Assembly: GCA_951406725.2 (NCBI GenBank)
Contig: OX597819.1
Location: 118,730,001-118,794,000, forward strand
From: Octopus vulgaris
Taxonomy: Eukaryota
Length of the DNA: 64,000 bases
Reading direction: 5' to 3'
Shown: positions 39,227 through 52,728 of the stretch, in pieces
How the letters are laid out: the number at the start of each line of letters is the position of its first letter
Numbering within the stretch: position 1 is the first letter of the stretch
Made by a program: the position numbers and the translations under genes
Notes under the pieces: generated by a model
Seen by the model: the letters and a program-made list of their open reading frames with translations, nothing else
Told to the model about the DNA's origin: nothing
The model's database searches: none

Positions 39227-39967
39227 TCTTTATATATTTAAGTGAAGTTGTGTGTCTGTCTACCACATTTTGCGGTGCAGTGTAACCAAAAGCGGGTATC
39301 TTATAGTCGTGATTCATATCGAGCCCTTCTGGGTATTAGCGCGCGTCTATGATGAGTCTACGATTTAAACAAAACATACCATCATTTTTTTCCATTTTAA
39401 TGCATTTTTTTCGCTATTATATAACTCTCTAAAATGTATACGATGAGTCAACGATTTCAAAAAAAATTTACCATCATTTTTTTCCATTTTTTATGCATTT
39501 TTTTGCTATTTTTTTGGCTATAACTCTCTAAAAATGCTTATATAGTTATTTCCCTTACAAACCCGAGCAACGCCGGACGATACTGCTAGTCTTTATATAT
39601 AGAAGTGAAGTTGTGTGTCTGTCTCCTACGATTTAGATTCCTAACTACTCCCACATACCAAAAGCGGGTATCTTATAGTCGTGATTCATAACGAGCCCTT
39701 CTGGGTACTAGCGCGCGTCTACGATGAGTCTACGATTTAAAAAAAGAATTACCATCATTTTTTCCCATTTGTAATGCATTTTTTGCTATTATATAAGGGA
39801 AGTAACTCTCTAAAAATGTATTATTAAATCTCAAAACGTAAAAAGCTACAGTAACACCCCCCTTTGTGGTTAGCCATATTGAGATGGCTATTATACTTTA
39901 CATCTCTAAAATTGCTTATATAGTTATTTCCCTTACAAACCCGAGCAACGCCGGGCGATACTGCTAG
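39227..39967 (+). mobile_element. Head-to-tail dimer of a non-autonomous Helitron (39227-39589 and 39590-39967)
   Basis: Each unit starts TCTTTATATAT and ends CCCGAGCAACGCCGG...CTGCTAG; exact CTAG|TC junction; A|T target, no TSD. Confidence 0.88.
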
Positions 39968-40229
39968 TATGTATTAAAACATTCACTTAATTTATTTGGC
40001 ATAGAACTATTCTATTTATGGAATAATCCCATAATTGTTTGGTATAGAAATATAGTTAGCCCAGTCGAAAGTTTAAATGTGGCTGAGGGACTGAAACAAA
40101 AAATATCTCAGTAACACAATATGAAACGCAATTATTTGTGATTAGTTAATTTTTTTTCTTTTAATGCAAAATGTTCCCGGTAGAACATATAACTACGGCG
40201 CCATACCATCCCATAGCTACTGGAAAGGC

Positions 40230-41010
40230 AGAATGCTTTCTCGATACCTTCAAAAGAAGTCTACAAGAAAAGCAAATAAGTATAGTACGAGTATGATAGC
40301 GCCACAACAATATTTAAGAGTGTACCATGTGACATCAAATCCGTATACACCAGCAGGTATCTCACCAGCGGAGCGGGTGTTTGCAAGGAAAGTAATGGCA
40401 GTTTTTGATAAATAACTTCCTAGCAAGAAAATAAAAAGTGCCAGGTAAGATATAACAAGATTTTTTTAAAGTGGATGATAAGGTGTATATGAGGATATAT
40501 AAGAATGGAAAGCAAGACTGGGAAGAGGGATAAATTAACAAATAAATAGGAAAAATGATGTACTGGGTAGAAAGTAGAAAATGGATACATAAGAGGCAAA
40601 AGAACCAAGTGAATGCGAACCAAAGAATTTGGAGGAAGCGATGGAATGGTTATAAGATATTTTCACACGACCAACGCCACTGCAGGTGATTGAACCCAGC
40701 GTACAAGTGAAAGGAAATGAAAACATAAAAAGTTCCCGAAAATAGATGCCAAGAGAAAGAAATATTAAATTGTTCGAAGAAAAAAAAATCAGAAAAAGGG
40801 AGGTGGGGTTAAAAAAATTAAGTATTGCTAAATAATATGACTCATGCTAAGAAAACTTAAAAGGAGAGATATTGTAGAGAATTAGTAATAATAGTACAAC
40901 ACTCCTACGTAACGAATGGAATAAACTAGACACTAAAAGTAAAGACAGTACGCAGAGTACGAGTGGACAATGTTGATTAGTCGTCTGTTCTGATATACTA
41001 ATTATACTAT
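40230..41010 (+). mobile_element. Ty3/Gypsy remnant: integrase C-terminus, PPT and probable LTR remnant
   Basis: YLRVYHVTSNP.TPAGISPAE.VFARK..AVFDK, homologous to 16070-16318; purine tract AAAAAGGGAGGTGGGG at about 40793-40808. Confidence 0.7.
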
Positions 41011-41070
41011 GATTGAGAGTGAACGTTATCACGGTCCAGACTTTTGAATATAATAATATTTGATGAATAA

Positions 41071-41300
41071 GGCGGCGAGCTGGCAGAAACGTTAGCACTC
41101 CGGGCAAAATGCGTAGACGTATTTCGCCTGCCGTTACGTTCTGAGCTCAAATTCCGCCGAGGTCGACTTTGCCTTTCATCCTTTCGGGGTCGGTACATCA
41201 AGTACCAGTTACGCCCTGGGGTCGATGTAATCGACTTAATCCGTTTGTCTGTCCTTGTTTGTCGCCTCAGTGTTTAACACCTTGTAGGTAGTAAAGAAGT
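41071..41300 (+). mobile_element. SINE family A
   Basis: Full family A monomer. Confidence 0.92.
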
Positions 41301-41587
41301 ACATAATAATACTTGACGATTGGGGTTCGAACAGTGGCAAAGAGAAACATCCTATCAACGACTTCGGAATATAACAACATCTGTCAGAGCAACAACTGTC
41401 GTACAAAGACATACAACACAGGCAAAATACCGCTTAATGACATGTACATGGAAGCCTTCTACAGATCCCCAACTCTAGTCTCAGCTATGAGCTTGAAACA
41501 TAAGGTGTGACCAATTATAGCAATTACGCAGCGTACCTATTGGTTCAAATCATCAGTGAAAATCCCCTCATAGTCTTATATATATAT

Positions 41588-41655
<68 letters not shown>

Positions 41656-41944
41656 ATGCATGTATATATGGATGTATAAACATCCATACATATCATGTAT
41701 CGTTTGTTTCTGTGTGCGGGTGTATTCGTAAATGCATGTATATATGTATGTATATGAGGGAGTGTAATTGTAGATGTCAATCTCGGTCCACATCTCTCGA
41801 TTTGCATTTGTCACATGTCCTCGCTACTACACTACGTAACCTCTGTGTTTGGCATCTCGATAAGTCTTTACCTTCCATATGGAGCTTTCCGTATCATAGA
41901 TTCATTACATTTCGCACCAGTCTCTCTGTCTGTCTGTCTGTATG

Positions 41945-42000
<56 letters not shown>

Positions 42001-44929
42001 ACTTGACCAATTTATTAATCTTATGCTACTGAAATTTACATATTTTGGTTTTACTTCATTTAGATTTGGACTTCTAAAGACGTTACATTAGGCTCAGGAC
42101 CATTTTTTATGGTTCACTGTGTTTCAAGGAATGATTTCACTAATTTTATAGACAAAATAGCGCTCGATCAGGTAAGCAATCTTGTTCGCTCGTATATATG
42201 CAAGTTTTCCAGGAAGCAGAAGTGTGAATAATATGTTTGTAGCATAAAAATCTGTATAGGTCTCGATCGATGAATTCATTTGAACACCAAGACAAAACAA
42301 AACAAGGTTTCTAGGCAATCTGTTAAAGCAAGTGAAAGTTTGTCTGTTTTACTTTTTACAGGAAAAGACAAACTGCAGATGAAATCTTCCAAAATTGGTC
42401 GACTATGAAATTGATAGCATATGGATATTGAAGTAGAAGTCAATACTCGATTCTCTCTTTTGTCTGGAAGTAAAAATGAGTTTACCAAGTAGAACTATAA
42501 ACATGTCATCAAGGAATTATGGATGCAACATCTTTTATGACGGACGAGATCGAGTACAATAATTTTATCCATTTGCATCATGGAAAATTCAAACCATTAA
42601 CTGAGATTTTCTGATGGAGCTTTTTAGTTTTTACTCGTTTTTGAAACCACTCCAGCATTCAACAACATGCAGTCATGTTGAATAATGGCAGTAGATATAA
42701 ATTATTCATGTGAGCTGTAAACACCATACTCACAGTCGCAGTGACTAAACATTTCACGCTATATTAATATGGTTCATTTGAGAAAACATAACTGAACAAC
42801 GTTATTGCGTTCTACTATATATAGAGAAAACACGCACAGGAAAAGTTTGCTGTTAAGGGTTAAAATTTCATCGGTAATGCTAGTGACACTGGATGACAGA
42901 AATTATAAGCAACAGTTAACATATATGCTTTTGCAAAGCCAACTTTAGGGGGAAATGTGTTCGTCCATTTAAAAATATGTCACGCGTGAAACTCGTAAAG
43001 GAAAATAGACATCCTCTATGAAACGTGAATACAAAAATTTCTCTTCTTCTTCAAATACAGTAATTAAAATGTATCTGACAATACAGCGCCAACATTCTCT
43101 GACCTCTTTAGCTCTGGGAAATCCTCGACATCATATTGTACTTCTCTGCAAATATCTTCATTTTAATTATGTGACATTTGTCAGCAATTTGAGTGATGAT
43201 GCTTCCACAACATGACCTCAAGTATGGCCTTTTGTTCAGCTCTATTTATTGAAAGTAATTATAATCGCAGCATTGGCAAACAAAGCCTAAATTGCATTGA
43301 ACAATAATAGGAGAGTAGAGATGGGTGTAATTTTCCCATAAATCACTCTCTTCAGCGCTGTGCTCCTATCATCAGATATTTGTAAGCTCTCATGGGAAGC
43401 CTGATTTATGGTGCATTAATGGGAGCATAAGTTCCTTCTTCATAGATCAAGGAATGGCTCAATAGAGAAGGCTGCTCTTTACTCCCAAATTGAGGAAAGC
43501 AAATCTTCATTCTGAAATATTTGGTTGCTACAATGTACTATATATTATCTTTTTAAAACTAGATATGAATCTATCATGAAGGCGATACAAATATATACCA
43601 ACAATGAAAATTATAAAAATTCAAATATAAAAATATAGGTATATAGAAATATGCGTAAAGACGCCAAAACAATAATACATTTTGAATTTGATCTTGCCAT
43701 AATTTTCAACTTATTGTTATATAAATAAATATGACTGTAAAACGAATTCATACAAATATATTTTTCGATATATTTGGACACACTTCTGGGAACCATATTG
43801 AATTTTGTCAGCAGAAGATTTGCAATTATAAATAGCAGTGAAAATCCATTGTCTACATTTGAGATTAAAATAAATCAATAAGATTCAATTATATGTCTTA
43901 CAAAAAAGAAAAAGACACATTGTCAGATACTAATGGAATTTAAATCACAAATCCTTATACACAATGTATGATAGCTATTGAATAGAATGTCAAAGAAGAT
44001 CGTCTCAAAGATTAGGGAGTGACACGTTGTTAGTACGAAAATGGTAACAAGGATTAGTGAAAGATAATAGTAGCGATATATTTAAGTGATGATTAATTTA
44101 AATTCTGAAATATTAAAGAGTAAAAAGAAATATTCTACAGTATGCTACTAGGAATAAAAGACACCTCATTGTTATTTGATAACATTTATCTGAACTTAAT
44201 AGTTAATACATTGGCCATATTATTTTTATTTTATGTTCTTTTACATTATGAAAGAACATTAATATGTGTATGTGATCATATTTAACCATAAATTTATCAA
44301 CAAACTTTCTGGAGAAAGTTACCTGTTGAGAAAATTCTGTGTGATTACAAAATGCATTGAGACAATAGCAATAACAGTTATTGTATCTATAAAGTGAAGA
44401 AAGCAAGCGAAGTTAATATATATTTCCGAGATTTAATACTGGATGTAATTGAAATGACAAATCACTTTAAGAGTAGACGCATAAATTATGCCTCCGGTCA
44501 AACTATATATATTCAGTGAAATTGTGAAAAAAGGAAATTACATGGAAGACTGTCGGGCATATTTTATCAGTACATCAATCACGCTAATTGTACATGAGAA
44601 TTAAGTTTAGAGCAAATATGCCACGCAAATAAAAATTGAATTAAAGTGAAATAATCCAGTTTGTGAAAGATCTTAATACTCGTAATAGAAGTATGGAGAT
44701 CCACAGCGAAATATATGCATATATTCATACATCTTTATAGGTATATGTATATACGTACACGCAAACATACTTACACACACATCTACACACACACACATAC
44801 ATATGCACACATATGTATATATTTATATATATAAATATATAGAATATTGTTACTTGTGAGAGATAATGTTTGTAGACGCTAGCTTAAAAGCGTATAGGCA
44901 AAATTAATAGATATATATAAGAATTATGT

Positions 44930-45335
44930 ATAAGAAGAGAACTAAGAATCGCCATTTTTGTTAGAAATAGGAGTCAAAATTCTCTGAAGCCACAAGAATT
45001 AACAAGAGCATAAGGATTGCGTCTTACCTCTGATAAAATTGCAAGAAATTTGAGTTAACCTGGCATCATTATTTTGAACTTAGCGCCAAAAACACCTGAT
45101 TCACTTGACCCGAGACTACATATAACAATGCCTATTTTTCAGTTCAACCAGTGCCTGTGTTCGTATCAAGGCCGAGGCCACATTCAGGAAATGAGCAAAA
45201 AGAATAAATCTATAAATATATATAGAAGATTATTACTCATAACATATAACAATGTTAGTGGCAACAATTCTTGTGGCTTCGTAGTATTTTGGCTCCTAAT
45301 TCTAGAAAAGCAGGCGTTTAATAGTATTCTTCTAT
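44930..45335. mobile_element. Diverged MITE with long TIRs
   Basis: TAGAAATAGGAGTCAAAATTCTCTGAAGCCACAAGAATT versus AATTCTTGTGGCTTCGTAGTATTTTTGGCTCCTAATTCTA; homologous to 51951-52355. Confidence 0.65.
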
Positions 45336-45382
45336 AATTTAATTCCTAAATATATATATATACATATATACATATATATATA

Positions 45383-45745
45383 CTCTTTCACTTGTTTCAG
45401 TCATTTCAGTGCGGCCATGCAGGAGCACCGCGTTTAGACGAGCAAATCGACCCCCAGGACTCATTTTGTTACGCCTATTCTACTTATTCTATCGGTTCTT
45501 TTGACGAACCGCTAATCGGTTGTCAAGCGATATTGGGGGGAAAACACAGAGACACAACATATACACACACACATACATATACATACATATATACGACAGG
45601 CTTCTTTCAGTTTCTGTCTACCAAATACACTCACAAGGCTTTAGTCGGCCCGAGGCTATAGTAGTAGACACTTGCCCAGGGTGCCACGCATTGGGACTGA
45701 ACCCGGAACCATGTGGTTAGTAAGCAAGCTACTTACCACACAGCA
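45383..45745 (-). mobile_element. SINE family B
   Basis: Tail, internal CA/TA tract and tRNA-like head all present. Confidence 0.9.
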
Positions 45746-46117
45746 TATATATGTATGCGTATATATATGTATATATATACATATATTAATTTGGCCAATA
45801 TGGTTTTAAGCTTGCGGCTACTAACATTGTTGCCTCTTAGTGCTCTTGTTATATAGCTATGTGTGCGGGGTGTGAGGCTGGCGTAAAGTATTAATAAGAC
45901 ACATAGTTGTATAAACACACAACGACGCAGATAGGGAAAGCTTATGTGAGTGACAGAGAGAAACTGACATATATTTCTGTTGTAATATATGTTTATCTTT
46001 AATTTTCCAGCTAAAAGTGGATTCTCCTGAGTTATTATCTTTCTGTTCTCCATTGTATGATTTTTCTCTTATAAGTTCCTATGCAGTCATTTGCAATATC
46101 TCTGTTCCCCTCTCTAT

Positions 46118-46193
<76 letters not shown>

Positions 46194-46473
46194 AAAGATA
46201 GAGAGGGGAATAGAGACATTGCACGTTTTTATTATTATTATTTTGCAATTTACTTAATCATCAGTATATAATTGATATTTTATTTTTAATATTTCTATTA
46301 AATGTAATTTTCTAGATGGTGTAATTTAATTGTTCATTTTGAATTGATAAAAGGTGTTTTTTTCTAATTTATATATATATATATTATATTTTGTGAAATT
46401 TGATTTAGTATTTCTAAATTGAATTTTTCCCTGTAAGTTAGGAATAATATCCCCTCATATAATTACATATATA

Positions 46474-46507
<34 letters not shown>

Positions 46508-46566
46508 TTAATATATGCATACATACATATATGTACGTACCTACATCTACATGTATATATACATGC

Positions 46567-46611
<45 letters not shown>

Positions 46612-46812
46612 AGTGAAGGACACCACAAATAGACGTAGAACTCAACGAGAAACAAAAACATAAAAACAAACATGAAAACGGACTTTTTTTAACAACGAAA
46701 AAACAGAGTAGAAGACAAACAATACAAGGAATATTCCCCTTTATCAGCTGTCCCTGGTTCGACTCCATGCGTGTTTCGAAGGTAAGGACAGAACCCGACC
46801 CATCGAACCAAC
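46612..46812 (-). mobile_element. Probable PLE pLTR fragment with degenerate hammerhead halves
   Basis: Minus strand CCTTC-GAAAC-ACGC and GACAG-CTGATAA-AGGGG...CCTT...TGTC; next to a TA/TG tract. Confidence 0.35.
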
Positions 46813-47199
46813 ACACATTTACACACACGTACATATAAAAAAAACTATCTTAAAGCGCCTCAAGTTCACTTCCGAATTTCAGTGACTGTATTTTGTATTT
46901 TCGCGTGCGTTGCAGCTTACATATTATCATTTTATTGTGATTATTTATTTATTTATAGCATTATATATGCATTGATCATATATGTTATTCTTTGTAGCCT
47001 ATTCTATTATATTGTTGTTTGGACAAGCCTTTCAAACAAATTGTTTTCGCTATTTATTTCAGGAAAGGAATTTAGCATTTATGACTTAAGATATCAATGA
47101 TAGATTTCTTGGCGTTCTTATATTCATTTTCGTTTTACGATAATTTCCCTTTTTGTCTAAATATTTTATTCATTCTATTTTGTTTTGCGCATTGTTTTT

Positions 47200-47224
47200 T
47201 TCACCGCTACCACCGCCAACACTG

Positions 47225-47290
<66 letters not shown>

Positions 47291-47368
47291 ATACCACCAC
47301 CATACCGCCACCACTACTACTACTACTACTACTACTGCTACTACTACTATTACTACTACTACTACTGT

Positions 47369-47418
<50 letters not shown>

Positions 47419-47423
47419 TACCG

Positions 47424-47470
<47 letters not shown>

Positions 47471-47560
47471 GCTACTACTACTATTACTACTACTACTACT
47501 GCTACTACTACTACTACTACTACTACTAATACTACTTCTTCTTCTTCTACTTCTCCTTCT
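47200..47560. repeat. (CTA)n microsatellite with a duplicated CCACCACCATACCGCCACC spacer
   Basis: Direct reading. Confidence 0.95.
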
Positions 47561-48401
47561 TCACTTCTTATCCTTTATCTTTTTACTTATTCTTGTTAGT
47601 GTTCTCAATAGATGTTTGCAATAATTTTTACCGTCTCTGTTGTATTTTCTGTTGTTTTTTTTCCATTTCTCGATACGTAGTAGTTGTTATTGTTATCAAT
47701 ATTGTAATTTATTTTAGTTTACGTTTCAGTAGAAATAGCAATTTGCAATTAATCTATAACTTTTACAGGAACAATTTACTGTGGCTCCTAACTTTCTCCT
47801 TCAAAAAACAAGAGAAAATAACGATGAACAAGGTTCCCGACACATATAGTGAAGGAGAAAGTACGGAAAACAATGATAAATAAATAGAAGCATTTTACTT
47901 ACAGTACAAAAAACACCATTTGTCAAGAAGTGGCGTGGGATAATAATGTCTTGGTTGTGTACTTAACTAAATCGTATATATACATATATAATATATGTGT
48001 GTGTGTGTTTGTGTGTTTGTGCGTGTGTGCTTGTGAGTGATTGTGTGTTGGGGAATATGAGATACATACATCGTAAAAGCGTTTTTCAAATAATATTGAT
48101 AATAATATGTCTTTACTAAGACATGATGCTTTGAATCAAACCTAGTTTTTTAAATGATTAGTTATGTACACAAACCAAGGCATTGGTAATCCAATATATT
48201 TCAAGCCAAAATTTATAATTCTATGTCAAAATTAAAAATAATTTAATTCTCATCTTGAATCTAGAAGTGTCTACATTTCCATAATGTGCATACACATTCA
48301 CACACTAATATATGTGTGCGTGAGTCTCTGAGTGTATGTGTGTGTGTGTGTATTTGTGTGTATATTTGAAACTGTATGTGTGGATGTGGTGTATTTATAC
48401 G

Positions 48402-48660
48402 TACGTTTTCTGATCAAAAGTATCAGGAATGTAGGCATAGTAACGAACCTAAAACGCGTAGAGTAAAACTGCTTCGCACCAATTGACTTTAAACTCTGCT
48501 GTGTTTGTGCAGTAGCTCACTTCCACTATTTACAGCTACATTTGGAAGGAAGATGTGTAGCGTGAGATTATTGCATTGACCATGATAGAAAGTTGAGCAG
48601 AGAAACTGCGTCAATTTTTGCCAAAAGCTTGGCGATGCTTGCTCAGAGGCCAACGCATTG
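48402..48660 (+). mobile_element. Mariner 5' end remnant
   Basis: TIR-like TACGTTTTCTGATCAAAAGTATCAGGA and N-terminal VEQRNCVNFCQKLG (EQR..IKFC.KLG motif). Confidence 0.6.
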
Positions 48661-49024
48661 TTTCCAAATCGTTTTCATCGTTTCGTACAGAATTAACGAG
48701 ACCTTGTGCAACTGAAACCTACGTGTATAAAGGAAGTGTATTATCTGTATGTATAAATATGTGTGCACGTGTATATATATGTCTACGAAAGTATGTATGT
48801 ATATACGAGTGTAAGACTGTATCCGTTGCAAAAGAGTGACTGTCGTACACACGTCAACTTCCTTTATACATATATGTATATACACTTGTATATTTGCAGT
48901 TGTTGGTGTGTTGATAGATATGAGTGTGTATATGTATATATATATGCATCTCTGCACATATGTATATATATGTTTATTGATGTTTGCGGCAAATGTGAAT
49001 ATATACCTGTACGAGGGGATGTAT

Positions 49025-49385
49025 ACTCTTTACTCTTTTACTTGTTTCATCATTTCATTGCGGCCATGCTGGAGCACCACTTTTTAGTCGACCAAATCGA
49101 CCCCAGCACTTATTCTTTGTAAGCCTGAACTTATTCTATCGGTGTCTTTTGCCGAACCGCTAAGTTACGAGGATGTAAACACACCAGCATCGGTTGTTAA
49201 GCGATGTTGGGTGGACAAACACAAACACACAAACATATATATATGCATATACATATATATACGACGGGCTTCTTTCAGTTTCCGTCTAACAAATTCACTC
49301 ACAAGGCGTTGGTCGGCCCGAGGCTATAGTAAAAGACACTTTCCCAAGGTTTGAAAGCAAGCTACTTACTACACTGCCACTCCTA
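49025..49385 (-). mobile_element. SINE family B
   Basis: CTCTTTTACTCTTTTACTTGTTTCA tail through head. Confidence 0.9.
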
Positions 49386-50276
49386 TATGTATATATTTTG
49401 TGCTTCTGTTTGTATAAATTTCTCTATATATAAACGTATATATATATATGCGAGGAGGATGTTGACTATGCATATATACGTATGTGTGTATATTTGTACA
49501 TGTTTATGCATATGCGTGTGTCTGTATATCCACATATATCCAATATATTCTATGAGTATATTTTTTTATATAAGCTCTAAGCTAAGTCTAGGAATTTTTC
49601 TGTGAAGATGAAGTTATATATACATATACACTTATGTGTGTGTGTGCATTTTTATATTATCATAGATATATATGCATATACTTGTATATGTATATGCTTA
49701 TGTGTATGCGTGTAGAGATGTGTATATGAGCATAATAATGCGTGTATGGTCACATTGATATGTGTATGTGTGTATGTATGTGTGTATGTATGTGTATATG
49801 CATGTGTATGTGTATATATATGTGTATATATATATGTTTGTATATATATATACATATGTATGTGCGTACGTGTAAGTATGTATGTATGTTTATATACATG
49901 CGTACCTATCTAGATTTTATGAGGGATGACTTCAATTATTATGAGTATATGATTGTATTTTTATAATGTTTTATATATTGAATATATTTTCTTTTTATTT
50001 CCACACCTAATAGAGTGACGTCCATTTATTCAACGGTTTTTTTCATAGCCTTGAACAATAGCGTTTTAACCGCCATTTCTTCCGTGTTTAAATTTTCTCC
50101 TGCTGTAATTAAATGTAAAATCCTTTAAACGTGTCACCAAGTGAAAATATTTCAGGCATTATAATCGTTTTCGATAACCCATCGACGCAGAGTCATGAGG
50201 TTCGATAAAACAGGGAAGCACACATACATTCGAAAAGAGAGATGAAATCACAAAATTGTGTCGATGTGCGTATACA

Positions 50277-50312
<36 letters not shown>

Positions 50313-50317
50313 CATAC

Positions 50318-50400
<83 letters not shown>

Positions 50401-50442
50401 TGTGTGTATATATACGGAATCAGATCAATAACTATCCGTAAT

Positions 50443-50456
50443 GTTGCCATAGTAAC
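50443..50456. promoter_or_regulatory. RFX X-box-like motif GTTGCCATAGTAAC
   Basis: Fits the GTTRCCATRGYAAC consensus; lies in a unique island between microsatellites. Function not shown. Confidence 0.35.
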
Positions 50457-50644
50457 AAAGCTTAAGCGCGCAGAGTGAAGCCGTTTGGCACAGACTGACC
50501 TTAAATTGTGTTGTGCAAGCGCACTAAGTTTTCTTTTCAAACAGAATAATAGAGAGACAGACAGACAGACAGACGAGGCAGGCAGACAGGCATTCAAATA
50601 TATATATATATATATATATATAAGAGAGAGATAGAGAGAGAGAC

Positions 50645-50749
<105 letters not shown>

Positions 50750-51666
50750 CTGTTAGATAAATCTCGTTTTCCACCAACTTTTATTTGCGTTTGCTCATAC
50801 GACCCGAATTTCGGAAATCAATTGGCAATTAATTTGAGCCGAATCAATATAATATTTATGGATATTGATTTATATTCTAGACGTTGGATTGGAAAAAGAT
50901 TCAGAGTTTTCGTCTCTAAAGATTCACATACAATGTAAACGGCTTATGTAATTTGCTTACGTTTTGTCGTTCGATTTTAAAACCTCACTGTAGATTTCTT
51001 AATATTCCATATGCTTCTTACAAGATGAATTACGCAATACCAACGTTTTCTGCAGTCGTAATCGTTTATAGCCTTCATCACAAATTCGTAAATTTCTTTT
51101 TTCCAGAAGAAAGATCGTCGATCCATCTCCTGTAATATTTATTCCATTACTTTTAAACAATTTACTGACGCAATATGTCTTCAGTGATTTTATTTTATAG
51201 ATTCAAAACTGAACACAAGAGAACACTATTTTATTGTGGAGCCACTCAAAATACTAATAAAATATTGAAAGTTTTACTAAAACCTGAATATTTCATATGA
51301 AATATTATTCATTCTATACTCGTGATGTAACATTTAATAAAATACCTTAGCAAGACAGATAACCTTTTACAGAGAAAAATGTAACAAAATCTAGTTTTCC
51401 AGTATACAACTTAATAATACAGTGGTCTAAGCATAAGACGTCGAAATTTATATACAGTAACCGGACAAATAAAATAAAGGCAATAGTCTACAGAGGCATT
51501 GGGAGCTTTCTCACTGTTTATAACACATACTCGTGTATGTATGTATGTATGTATGTATGTATGTATGTATGAGTGTACGTATATACGTATGAACATATAT
51601 ATATGTATATTTCGTTTTCAGATTTGGTTTGCAAGATTCTTTATGTGAGTTCGTGTGTTGAAGAAT

Positions 51667-51925
51667 ATTCTGTTGTGTCTGGGGAAAGTCATTTTCTTTT
51701 TGTGCCTTATAAGTTAACACACTCACCGGTAAAGTTTCCATCTGTTTCTTATTTTTTACTTACCTAAAATTTTCATCCTTTAAAGTCCAGACTATTGAAA
51801 AGGTTACAAAAAGCAACGAAAATTATGGGAAAATAAAAATATTAAATAAGTGGAAATTTTATCGGTGAATGTCGTAAATTATAAGACACAAAAAGAAAAT
51901 GCCTCTTCCCAGATACAACAGAATA
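51667..51925. repeat. Diverged about 110-bp inverted repeat abutting (TA)n, probably PLE pLTR-derived
   Basis: TATTCTGTTGTGTCTGGGGAAAGTCATTTTCTTTTTGTGCCTTATAA versus TTATAAGACACAAAAAGAAAATGCCTCTTCCCAGATACAACAGAATA. Confidence 0.75.
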
Positions 51926-51950
51926 TATATATATATATATATATGAAAAC

Positions 51951-52355
51951 AAGGGCGTTATGAAGTGCCTGCTTTCCTCAAAATGGGAGTCAAAGATACT
52001 CCTAAGTCACAAAAATTGACACGAGATTTTCACAGACATGGTTGGTAAAAAACGAAAAACTAAGTGAATAAGAATTTCGTGTTACCGCTGCGAAATTGCA
52101 AGAAGAAATGCCACCGAAACTAGTATCATGATTTCGAATTTAGCGACAAGCGCACTTGATTCTTTTGAGCCAAGTCTTCCTAAAAGAAACCGATATATCA
52201 CAGTTAGTTGCAATTTTGCAGACACAAGACGCAATCCTTATTGACTTAGTTTTATTCCAGTGATATCCTGTGAAAAAAATCTAGTGTCAATATTTAAGGC
52301 TTTGGAGTTTCTTTGACTACTATTTGTAGCAAAGCTGGTGCATCATAGTGCCCTT
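51951..52355. mobile_element. MITE with about 58-bp TIRs
   Basis: AAGGGCGTTATGAAGTGCCTGCTTT...GTCAAAGATACTCC versus reverse complement AAGGGCACTATGATGCACCAGCTTT...GTCAAAGAAACTCC. Confidence 0.75.
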
Positions 52356-52404
52356 CTTATAAAGAATTCGTCTATTGGTCTATATGTCTGTCTGTCTGTA
52401 TGTA

Positions 52405-52477
<73 letters not shown>

Positions 52478-52536
52478 ATATATATATATCAATTTGGCCT
52501 ACACGGTTTTAAGCTTGCACCCAATAACATGTTCTT

Positions 52537-52569
<33 letters not shown>

Positions 52570-52571
<2 letters not shown>

Positions 52572-52728
52572 TCTCTTTGTGTTTATTTCCTAGTGTTCCT
52601 TTCTGTCAAAGAACATAGGCTCGAAGCGTAGCGTAAAACAATTTCTCACCTTCCCGACGTTAAAATAATACACCTGTTTATTGTTTTAACTCCTGTCTTT
52701 TTTGTTTTGTTATACTGTAGATTTCAAC
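52570..52728 (+). mobile_element. Solo pLTR fragment of the PLE family at 30116-32068
   Basis: TTTCTGTCAAAGAACATAGGCTCGAA...CCTGTCTT matches 31904-32060; lies between TG/TA tracts. Confidence 0.6.

Noticed and set aside
42124-44200. Possible ancient hAT-type transposase remnants
   Set aside because: Only vague similarity by eye; no motif or TIR could be supported.
50961-51135. Possible exon (minus-strand EMDRRSFFWKKEIYEF... or plus-strand TTTTTTCCAG acceptor)
   Set aside because: The minus-strand acceptor lacks a pyrimidine tract, the plus-strand option lacks a good donor, and no homology was recognised.
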